A program made the position numbers and the translations under genes. The notes beneath the pieces are model-generated. The model worked only from the letters and a program-made list of their open reading frames with translations, did not search any database and was not told the origin of the DNA. A DNA stretch of 64,000 nt, from NCBI GenBank assembly GCA_014905635.1, contig JABVCE010000010.1:372001-436000 (forward strand). Direction: 5' to 3'. The DNA is from Scenedesmus sp. PABB004 (taxonomy: Eukaryota). This document shows, piece by piece, positions 47,598 to 57,541 of the stretch. Each line of letters opens with the position of its first letter. The first letter of the stretch is position 1.

Positions 47598-48421
47598 TTA
47601 CCCGGGCAGGCCGAGGTCGGGCGTGAGCGTGAAGGTCAGCTTTGGCCAGCAGCGCGGCCGCGGCAGCCCCAGCGCGCCGGCGCCGTCCATGGGCAGCGCG
47701 AGCGCGACGCGCCAGCAGCCGCCGTTTGCCGACAGCGCGAGCGGGGCGCCGGGCTTGCCGTCCAGCGCCGCGCGCAGCGCTCGCAGGCGCCAGCCGCCGC
47801 TGCCGCCGAAGCGGCGGGTCGCCGACGCCAGGGGCAGGCCCGCGCGCAGGTTGAACCCCAGCTCCAGCTGCAGCCCGGGCGCCTCAAACGCCCGGCCGGG
47901 CGGTGCTGCAGCGCCGGCGTCGCCGTCCTCGTCCGCCGCGCCGCCCGCGCCCGCGCCGTCGCCGCCCTCCCGCCAGCCCGCCGCGCCGCCGCCCGCGGGG
48001 CCACCCGCGGGGCCCAGGAGCAGCGCGAACTGGTGCAGCGCGTGCGGCGAGCCCGAGAGGCGCAGCTTGTGCGACGAGCGCCTGCGGCACGGCCGCGGGC
48101 GCCCGCGTGAGCCGCCTCGCGCCGCCGGCCGGCCGCGCGGCGCGCCTGCCAGCTGCCGCGCCCGCCCCGGCGGCGCGCGCGCACGCGCCGCCGGAGGGCG
48201 ACCGTCAGGTCGAAGGCCAGGCTCCGCGGCCGCCGCTCGGCCCACGTGACCTTCACGCGTGCCGGCTGCCCGTCCAGGCGCGTCGTCCAGGTCGCCTCCG
48301 CCGTGGTCCGCCGGTCCTGCAGGTCCACCGCCGCCTTGAGCTGCAGCCTCTGCGCGCCGCGCCCCGCCCCGCCGCCGCCGCCGCGCGCCGCCGCCAGCGC
48401 CGGCCCGGCGCCGCCGCGCAT
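47598..48421 (-). CDS. Hypothetical protein with amphipathic beta-strand pattern (2 exons)
   Basis: LQLKAAVDL, AEATWTTRL, RVKVTW, LQLELGFNL, WRVALAL, KLTFTLTPDL; an intron spans roughly 48200-48083. Confidence 0.45.
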
Positions 48422-48600
48422 CGAGGGGCGGCGGGCGCACTCCGGCGGCGGCAGCAGCGCGCTGGCAGCGGCAGCGGCGGCGGCGGTCCCAGGGCGCACC
48501 CCTCGGTCGCGGCCTGGTCGCCAGGCGAGTGGAGATCGAGGGGATGGCTCACGGGGCGACTCGTGGCGCGGTGGCGACTGCGGCGCGGGCTGCACACATG

Positions 48601-49752
48601 TGCCTCTCTGGAAACAAGGCGATTTTGGCCGGGATTCGCGTTTGCGAATTAAGGCGCGCGCCGCCTTGTTTCCCTGAATCCCGGCAATCCCCGCCTTGGT
48701 TCGTGGCCTGCGGGCGCGCCTGCAGCGCCGGCCGCGGCCCGAATCGGCGCCCCCCGCGCTGCACAGCGTCAGCAGCGGGCCCTCCCGACGCATTGTCGTC
48801 CCCCGCCGCCCGGAGAGCGGCCGCCCGCGCCCCCTGCGCCTCTGAGCCGCACAGCAGCAGCCCGGATCAGAGGAGCGCCGCGAGCTCCGCAGCTGAGCCG
48901 CCGTCCTCCGGCTCTGCAGGGCGCTCGTCGTCCCAGTCGACCGCCATGTCGTCGGCAACAGCGCTGTCGGGGGCCGGGCCCACAGCACGCGGAGCTCTAG
49001 GGCCCCCGGCCTTGCCGCGGCCGGCGCGGGGGCCCCGCTTGACGACGCCCATGCTGCTGATCTTGCCGCCGCCGCGTCTCGGAAGCCTCGGCATCGCCTT
49101 GAGGGCCCTGAGGTGCGCCTCGTGTTCCTGCCGGTGCTGCTCCAGCTCCTCAGCGACGGCGCGATCCCTGGCTGCGTGGGGGCTTTCACAGGCTGGCAGG
49201 GGGCAGAAGGTGGTCCCTGTGAGAGTGGCTGTGAACTCTCGAAGCACAGCTAGTTGTTCCTTGCTGATAACGTCCTTGTATACAGCGCCTGCGGGCGCCC
49301 GAGCTGCTGCCCGAGCTGCTGCCGCAACCGCTGCTGCCGCTGCTGTGCGGCTCAGAGGCGCAGGGGGCGCGGGCGGCCGCTCTCGCTCTCCGGGCGGCGG
49401 GGACGACATTGCGTCGGGAGGGCCCGCCGCTGACGCTGTGCAGCGCGGGCGGCGCGCGGGAGGGCCGGGGCGCTGATTCCAGCTGATCCGGGCTGCTGCT
49501 GTGCGGCTCAGAGGCGCAGGGGGCGCGGGCGGCCGCTCTCCGGGCGGCGGGGGACGACAATGCGTCGGGAGGGCCCGCTGCTGACGCTGTGCAGCGCGGG
49601 GGGCGCCGATTCGGGCCGCGGCCGGCGCTGCAGGCGCGCCCGCAGGCCACGAACCAAGGCGGGGATTGCCGGGATTCAGGGAAACAAGGCGGCGCGCGCC
49701 TTAATTCGCAAACGCGAATCCCGGCCAAAATCGCCTTGTTTGGGACGAGGCA
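48601..49752. mobile_element. Putative non-autonomous DNA transposon with ~260-bp terminal inverted repeats and an internal ORF
   Basis: 48612-48870 is an essentially perfect reverse complement of 49484-49741, extending imperfectly to tgcctc (48601) and gaggca (49752). A third partial TIR copy lies at ~49341-49450. An internal 180-aa ORF runs 49409-48867 on the minus strand. No transposase motif recognised. Confidence 0.7.
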
Positions 49753-49932
49753 GGGTTGCACATGCAGCGCTGTCGTAGCGTCGTTTGGGGCGCAGGGCTG
49801 CAGCCGCAGGCCCGCGATCGAGCCCACATCGGCGCACGTGCTCAGCTGGACTGAAAAGAGCCAGCCAGACCTCTCGGCCGCGCTCGCCCACCGCACCGCT
49901 GCTGCCGCCGCACCCGCTGCTGCCGCGCGCGC

Positions 49933-50832
49933 ATGGCGGCGCCGCCGCCGGAGCCGGAGCCGGAGCCAGCTGGTGATGGGGGAGGCCGCCGTGACGACGC
50001 GGCGGTGCCGCCGGCGATTGCGAAGAGCTGGGTGCCGCACGCGCACCGGCTCGGCGGTGGCGCGGCGGTCTTTGTGCACGTGCACAACGGCCCCGGCGAG
50101 CCGTGGCTCGGCGGCGAGCTCATGGTCTCGCTGCTGGTGCGCGGCAGCGCGGCGGCGTGCCTCGCGGCGCTCACGCGCGGCGGCGTCACGCCGCTGGGGC
50201 CGGGCCGCGCGAGCGCGGCGCGCTGCGACGGGCGGCCGGTGCTGCTGGTGCAGCTGGCGCCGCCGCCTTGCCGCTGGGCCGCCGCACTCTGCGCGCCGCG
50301 CTGGGCAGCGCTGCGCCTGACCGTGCTGCGCCGCGAGGGCGGCACCGTGTGCGTCATGTTCCAGAGCCTCGAGCGCCGCGCCGCGGCGCGCCTGCTGCAG
50401 CAGCAGCGGCGGCGGCAGCGCGAGGAGCGGCGGCGGGCGCCGCCCTGCCGGCAGCGGCGGCAGCGGCAGCAGCAGCAGGGGACCGCCTGGGGGGCCGCGG
50501 CCCCGGCGCCGCGGTCCTGGGCCGCGCTGGCGGGCGGCCTGGGCGCCGCGCTGTGGCCGCCGGAGCTGCTGGAGGTCTCCGGCGGCTTCACCTTCTGCGC
50601 CCTGCCCGAGCCGGGCGGCGGGGAGCTGGGCGGCGAGGCGCCGGCGGGCGGCGAGGGGGCGGGCGAGTGCCTGGTGACCAGCATCCTCAAGGCCGACCTC
50701 GGCGGCTGGCTGTCGGAGCGGCGGCGCCTCGGCTGCTGGGCGCGGCGCCTCGGCGTCGCGGACGCGCTGCGCGAGCAGCTGCTGAGCGCGGCGGTGCTCG
50801 TCAAGCGGCGCGTGGAGCAGCAGGCGCGGTAG
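49933..50832 (+). CDS. START/lipid-binding-domain-like protein (single exon)
   Basis: ELMVSLLVRGSAAACLAAL, LRREGGTVCVMFQS, VSGGFTFCAL and ECLVTSILKADLGGWL resemble START-domain strands. Confidence 0.5.
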   Translation: MAAPPPEPEPEPAGDGGGRRDDAAVPPAIAKSWVPHAHRLGGGAAVFVHVHNGPGEPWLGGELMVSLLVRGSAAACLAALTRGGVTPLGPGRASAARCDGRPVLLVQLAPPPCRWAAALCAPRWAALRLTVLRREGGTVCVMFQSLERRAAARLLQQQRRRQREERRRAPPCRQRRQRQQQQGTAWGAAAPAPRSWAALAGGLGAALWPPELLEVSGGFTFCALPEPGGGELGGEAPAGGEGAGECLVTSILKADLGGWLSERRRLGCWARRLGVADALREQLLSAAVLVKRRVEQQAR

Positions 50833-51280
50833 GGAGGGAGCGCGCGCGGCGCGCCAGGTAATGCAGCGCAGCTGCGTGCGAGCCGCGCTGCTGGGCGCGG
50901 CAGCGGGGGCGGCAGCGGCAGCGTGTGCGGCGGCAGCGGCAGGGCGGGAGAGCTTGCGGTTCGTGCGTGCTCTGTGCCCCCGGCCTGCCAGCACGCTGCG
51001 CAGTCGGCCGTGCGCGGCGTTGTGCCGCGTCGCTCACGACGACGGGCGTTGTTGTGCCGCGACGTGCCCTCGCGCCGGCTGCACCGTCGCGCGGCGTCCG
51101 CCGAGACAACAGCGCGGCCCGTGCCGCTGGCCATCGCCCGCGGCGCCAGCATCTGTCGCCCATCCGCGCGCCGCGTCGACCACCTCCGGGGTTGACTGCT
51201 CGCCGCCCGCTCCAGCCGCGCCCGTCGCGCGCCGCACATGCGCTGATCGCGCGTCGATTCCCGCCGGCTGTCGGTCCGGC

Positions 51281-52594
51281 ATGGCGCCGGGGCGGTCCGG
51301 CGCCGGCAGCCTTTTGGCGGGCCGCGGCGCGCTGCTGCTCCTGCTCTCGGGTGCGCGGCCGCCCGGGCACAGGGCTGCCGCCGCAGTCACCAGCGCACAC
51401 CACTCACGCCCCCGCCCCCGCCTGGCACTGCCGCCGCCCGCCACGGGCGCCGCCGCGCAGTGCTGCTGGGCGCCGCCGCTGCGGCGCCCCTGCTGACCGT
51501 GACCGCCAACAGCGGCGCGGGAGCTGCTACCCAGCTCTGGACGGGCGAGTTGCGCTGGGCAGCGGCGCCCGGCGCGCGCGCCGCCTGCTGCGCGGGAGGC
51601 CGCAGCGCGCTGCTGCCGACGGCCCGCCGCCGCCGCTGCCGCCGCCGCAGCCCCCGGCGGCGTGCCGTACCTGCTCGAGGGCGCAAATGTGACCTACACG
51701 CTCGTCCTCACCAACGGCGTGGGCGACGCGGAGGTGGGGCCCGGCCTCGCCGCGACCACGACCCTGCCAGGCGACCAGCCGGCGTTCGACTGCAGCGCCG
51801 GCGGCGTGGCGGTCGACCTGTCGGCCGCCACGCTGGCAGCAGACAACGGCACCATCACCTGTACCTTTGTGGTGGCGGTCAGCGCCGCCGACATGGACGC
51901 GGGGGCGCCGGCGGCGTTCAACGTGTCTCTCGCGACCACGTCCCCTGTGGCGGACGCCGTCGCGGACACCAGCGCCGTCCGGCTGTGCAGGCCGAGCCTG
52001 GCCGTGAGCCTGGGCGCGCTCAGCCCCGCCGGCGCGGTCAACGCGAGCGGTGCGCGGCGGCGGGGCGCGTGTGCGCCCCGGCGCGCGCTCAGCTCCCCGT
52101 CCCCCGCGTGCCCCGCTGCTAGCCGGCTCACGCCCGCCCGCCCGCCCGCCGGCGCGCCTGCGCTCGCTGCTGTCACCGCGCGACAGGCGGGGGCGTGTCG
52201 GTCGGTGTCTGCGCCGCTCACGCTCACCGCGGGCAGCACCCCGCTCACCGGCCTGGCGTTTGCGGTTCTCGGCACGCCCACCGCGACGGTGCCCGCGCAC
52301 GCAGCCGTGGCCTGTGGGGCGACCCCTGCGCTCGAGCCACAGCTCACCCGCGCCGCGCCGCGCGCCACCGCAGGCGCACCGCCAGCGTGGACCCCGCTCC
52401 GCGTGCCGCGCCGGCGCCGCTCGTCGCGCCCGCGCCCACCCACGGCGTGCGCCTCGGCGCCGGGCCGGCGGGCGGGCTGGGCCGCGCCGCGCACCGCGGC
52501 AGCGAGCCCGGTGAGCAGCCGGCGCTGTCCTGGCCGGGGATGCGACGCAGCGTCGACAGCAGCCCCGGCTCTGGCAGCGGCGGGCACCGCGTGA
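51281..52594 (+). CDS. Secreted protein with DUF11/DUF7507-like Ig-fold repeat; 3' part appears degenerate
   Basis: Spliced signal peptide [31 protein letters not shown]...TLAADNGTITCTFVVAVSAADMDAG. A second partial repeat (TLTAGSTPLTGLAF) follows, then coding character is lost. Confidence 0.45.
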
Positions 52595-53305
52595 GCGGGC
52601 GCGGGGCGGTTGCTCCCGCCGAGGCGCGCCAGTCCGGCAGCGGCGGCGAGAGCGCGCGCACGCGGTCCTCGCTGCGCGAGTCCCCGCGCGCCGCGTGGTG
52701 AGCGCTGGCGTGGCCGTGCGGCAGCGCCCCGACGCGCCAGGCACACACATTGAGGCCGCGCGCAGGCAGCCTGAGCTCTGAGCATGGGGGGGGCAGGGGG
52801 AGGAGGTCTGCGGCTGGCCGGCGCGCGTGTACGTGCGTGCTGTGACCGGTCGGCCGCTGGAGTTGCTGGGTCGTTGCAACCCAATTGGGCCCGCTGCCAG
52901 CGCGCAGCGCTGGTGACTGTGCGTGGCTGCTGCACTGTAGTGCCGGCGCGCGCCCCCGCGGCGTGCCGCTGAGCTGGAGCTGGTCTGATGCTGCAACCCA
53001 ACTCGCGTTTCGTGGCCGTTTTGGCAGCTGGCATTCTTGGGCAGTCAGCCGTTCTCGACCCCACAAGTGTCTGTCTCCGACAGAGAACCACCACCCTCCT
53101 GACGCACCGTCTGCTCTCGGCTGCACTGCGCTCAGGCTCGGACTGTGTTGCGCATGCTCGGTGCGCCTGGTTGGGATGCAATGCGCCGGCAAGTCTGGTT
53201 TTGGGGCGGGGCTTTGGGGCGCGTGGGGGTCTGGGCATGGGGTCCCGGCGGCGATCAGGGCTGTCAGTTTCAGTGAAACCGTCGCACCCGCGCTCGCGCG
53301 CCCGG

Positions 53306-54016
53306 TCAGCGCTTGGCCTTCTTGGCGGCGCTCGGCCGGCTGACGTTCTTGGCTTTGCCGCTGCAGGGACGGGACGGCAGGCGGCGGGCGGCAGCGGTCA
53401 AGCAGCAGCGGCTGGGCGCCGTGCGGCGGGGCGCGCCGTGCCCCCGCAGCGCGCGCTCACGAGCTCTTGGTGCCGCCGACCTTGGCCTTGGCCTTGGCTG
53501 CGGCCTTGGCGGCGGGCTGCTGCTGCTGCTTGCCGGCCTTGGCGCCGCCCGCGCCAGCCGCCGCTGCTTTGGGCTTGGCCTTCGGCTTCTGCTGCGGCTG
53601 CTCCTGCGGCTGCTGCTGCTCCTGCTGCGGCGCGTCGTCCTCGTCCATGGCCTCTGCGCTTGCAGCGGGCGGCAGCGGCGGCGCGCGTGAGCGCTGGCTG
53701 CCCGGCCGCGTGCCCGCCCCGCTGCCAGCGCGAGGCTGCCACCCGAGCTCCCCGCGCGGCGGCGCACCTGCGCCGCCGTTGCTGTCGTCGCTGCCGGACG
53801 CGGCTGCGCCGTCCGCGTCCATCGCGCCGCCCGCCTCGTCGTCGCTGCCGCTGCCGCTGCCGCTGGCGCCCTCGTCGTCGTCCTCCTCCTCGCCGCTGCT
53901 GCGCCCCTCATCCGACGGCACCCAGAACGCGGGCTCGCCGCCGTCGCCCGCCTCGGCGGCGCCGGCCGCCGCGCCGGCGCCCTGCTGCTTGCGCTTGTGC
54001 TGCTGCGGCGCCTGCT

Positions 54017-54083
<67 letters not shown>

Positions 54084-54942
54084 GCGCGCCCGCGCCCGCG
54101 CCCGGGCCCTGCTTGTCCTTTGGCAGCCGCACGCCGAACGACTCCAGCGTGGGCTCCGGCTTGAGGTCAATCTCATCGTTGGTGAAGCGCTCTGCGCCGG
54201 CGCGCGGTGCGGCGCAGCACACGGCGGCGGCGGTCGGGGCCCGTGCCAATGGGGCAGGCCCAGCTGCCGCCGACTGCTGCTGCTGCCGCTGCCGCAGGCA
54301 GCAGGCGCCAGGGCCCGGCTGCGCTCCGCACCCTTGGCACGCTGGAACTTCTTGCCGGCCATGTGCTTCTTCACCGCCTCCACGCTCTTGTCCATGAGCT
54401 GCCCCGTCAGCGCGCAGTACAGCATGAGCCTGCGCAGGCGGCGGCAGCGGCGGCGGGTGGGCGGCAACGAGCAGCGGCCGCCGCCGCCGCCGCGGCGCGG
54501 CCGGCGGGAGCGGCGGCGTGCGCGCGGGCGCGTGGGGCGCGGGAGAGTGGCGGGCGCCGCTGACGTGGGGGCCGGCGCCGCGCCGGGCGCCGGCGGCGGC
54601 GCGACGCACGGAAAGTTGGCGCTGGCGACGATGAACGGCTCGTACTTTTTCAGCGCCGCCTCCGCCTGGTGCCGGCGCAGCAGCTTCTGGAACTTGGCGC
54701 CCCTGCGGTCACGGGGCGCTGGGCGCGGCGCCCCGGGCGCGCCGCCGCCGCTGCCCGAGCGCCGCCAGCCGCCGGCGGCCATGCGGGCGGCGGCCGCACC
54801 CGACGAACGCCTGCACCACGTCCAGCCGCGCCGGCAGCGTGTGGCCGTTGATGTCGCACTGCACTTTGCCGCTGTCGGTCACGCTGAAGCAGCCCGGGTG
54901 GGCGGCGAGCAGCTGCCGCAGCGCGGGGTCGAGCGCCTCCAT
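53306..54942 (-). CDS. SURF2: Surfeit locus protein 2-like (5 exons)
   Basis: GKVQCDINGHTLP, GAKFQK, KKYEPFIV, LYCALTGQLMDKSVEAVKKHMAGKKFQRAK, FWVP, and an acidic/basic tail. Confidence 0.8.
54019..54102. repeat. (GCGCCC)n coding microsatellite encoding a GA dipeptide repeat in SURF2
   Basis: Tandem gcgccc units with one phase slip near 54085. Confidence 0.85.
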
Positions 54943-55218
54943 CCTGCGCGTCGGCGGCGGCGACGGCGACTGCCCGAGCTCACGGAGATGTGCGCGTGCC
55001 GGGCGCGGGTGCGCGTGCTCCGCATTGCGGCGGGCGTCACGTAGCGCGTCGGGCGTGACGCGTTCCTGCCGCCGTCCCGCGCCGCCGCACTCCCGCCCGC
55101 CGGCCGCCTGCCCACGATCGCCGCGTGCCCACCGCAGCGCGCCTGCGCACCGGCACACGCTCCCGCCGCCGCCGAGCCCGCCGCAGCAGCGCCGCCCGCC
55201 GCCGCTGCTTCGCGCGCG

Positions 55219-56117
55219 ATGCCGTGCATCCAGGTCACCACGAACGTGCCCCTTGGCGCCAAGCCGGCGCTGGCGGCGGCGCTGACGGCGCTCTTCAGCA
55301 CGGCGCTGAAGGTTGGCGGCGGATGTCGACCGCGCGCGCTGTCGCGCGCGCGCGCCGACCCGCAGCGCGCGCCGCAGGCCGCGCCGGGGCACGTCCACGT
55401 CGCCATCATCGACGGCGCCTTCATCTCGCTCGCGGGCGACGCCGACAGGTGCGCGGCGCAGCTCAGGCCCACAGGCCCACCGCTGCGCGCCCCTCGCTCC
55501 ACGCCCCCCCCCCCCTTCCCCTGCCGCCAGCGCCGCCGCGCTCGTGAGCGTCAAGGCGGCCGACGGCAGCATCACCGCCGACGCGCGCAAGGCGATCACC
55601 GCCGGCATCGGCGCCGCGCTTACGCAGGCGCGCGCGCGTGCACGCGCGGGCGCGCGCACGGCCGCGGCTGTGGACGCTGCCGCCGGCTGCGCGGCGGGGA
55701 CTGGCGCGGCAACGCACCCGCCCGCGTCCACGCCCGCCCACGTCCGCGCCCGCCCACGTCGCGCGCAGCACGTGTCGCCGTCGCTGCAGGCCGGCCGCTC
55801 GTACATCACGTTTGAGGTCGGCGCGGCGGGCGCGCGGGCAGGCGCGGCAGGGCGCCGCACCCGGCACCCGCCGACCGCCCGCGCCGGGGCCCCGCCCGTC
55901 TCGCAGGACCTGCCCGTGCAGAACGTCGCCGTGGGCGGCAGCATCATGACCTTCAGCACCATGCACACGTGCGCAGCGCGCGGCGCGCCGCGGCCGCGGC
56001 CGCTGGCGGGACCTGCGGGCCCTCGGGACCAGCGCCGGCGCCGCCCGCCGCTGCCCGCCCGCCGCGCCCAGCAGCGCGAGGAGCGTCGACGTGCCAATCG
56101 ACGACATCGCGCCCTGA
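55219..56117 (+). CDS. MIF/D-dopachrome tautomerase-family protein (6 exons)
   Basis: N-terminal catalytic Pro in MPCIQVTTNV; HVHVAIIDGAFISLAG, AALVSVKA, RSYITFE|DLPVQNVAVGGS. Confidence 0.8.
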
Positions 56118-56327
56118 GCTGCGTGCGGCGGCGCGGTGACGGCCGGCCGGGCTGGCACGCCCCCCTGCAGTCGGCGCCCGGGAGCTGCGCGCGGTGTGGC
56201 GGCGGCGGCTGGGGGGCGACGGCGGCGCTGGCAACTGCGCTCGTTACTGCAGCCACGGGGGCAGCCGCCGACCCCACAGCACGCGCGCACGCCCGCTTGC
56301 GGCTCGCTGCAACTGCCGCGCCGCGCC

Positions 56328-56870
56328 TCACGCGCGCCGCCCGCCCTGCCAGCCGCCCATGCCCTGCTGCTGCTGCCTGTAGAACGCCTGCTGCTGCTGC
56401 TGCTGCGCCCACTGCTGCTGCTGCGCCTGCTGCTGCTGCTGCTGCTGCCCGCCCGGCGGGAGCGCCAGCTGCTGCCGCGGCCCGCCGCCGCCGCCGCCGC
56501 CGCCGCCCTGCAGCTGCGGCGCGGCGCCGCCGGGCGCCATCCAGGGCGGCATGGCGCGCGCCGCCTGCGCGCGCCAGCGCTCGTCAAAGCCCTCCGCGGC
56601 GGCGGGGTCGAGGCCGTGGGGGGCCGTGAACCTCTCCGCCGTGTGCACGCGCCCGCTGGCGTCGCGGCTGCGCGTCACGACGCGCTCCTTGCCGCCGGCG
56701 CCGCGCGTGATGGTGAGCGCCTCCTGCTCCTGCCCGGCGCGGCCGTCGCGCCAGGCGGTCTGCGTCTCGTGCACGCCGGGCGCGCGGCGCGTGGTCGTGC
56801 TGTGCGTGACGGTGCCGCCCGGGCCGGCAGAGAAGACGGTGGAGCTGCTGTAGCTGTAGCTGTAGCTGTA

Positions 56871-56953
<83 letters not shown>

Positions 56954-57368
56954 CGCAAAGAAAGGCGGCCACTGCTGCTGCGCCTGCTGCTGCTGCGGCG
57001 GCGGCTGCTGCGCCTCCTCCTCCTCCGGCGCGTCGTCGTCGTCTGCGGCGCGGCGCGGTGGGCGCGTGTGCGCCGGGCGGCGGCGCGGCGGAGAGCAGCG
57101 GCGGCGACGCGGCGCACCCGGCTCCTCCACGATGGGCCCGCTGCGCCGGGGCCCAGGCGGTGGCTGATGCTGCTGGTAGCCACCCTGCGGGAGCGTCGGG
57201 GCGCGGACATCAGGTCGCGGGAGCTTTCGGCAGAAGCCTCGGCATCGTCGACCTCCGCACCGGGTGCTGCGCGAACGGCCCGCCCAGCATGGCCTGCAGC
57301 ATCGCCTGCTGCTGCGCCAGCATGGCCTGCAGCATGTCGCCGCCCGGGAAGCCGCCGCCGCCGAACAT
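56328..57368 (-). CDS. Myeloid leukemia factor (MLF)-like protein
   Basis: GPIVEEP; YSYSSSTVFS...GVHETQTAWRDGRAG...LTITRGAGGKERVVTRSRDASG...AEGFDERW. A frame slip occurs inside the GGC tract at ~56915. Confidence 0.7.
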
Positions 57369-57541
57369 CGCTGCGGCCGCTGCTCGCGCGCAATCAACTG
57401 GGAGGCTTACCACAGGGCAGGCACGGGAGCCCAGTCGGGCCGGGCACGCAGGCATGCACATGGGGCACAGGCACGCAGGCGACTGAACCGCACAGAACAG
57501 CACTGAACCGCACACAGAACCTGGTGCAGAACCCTGGCCGC

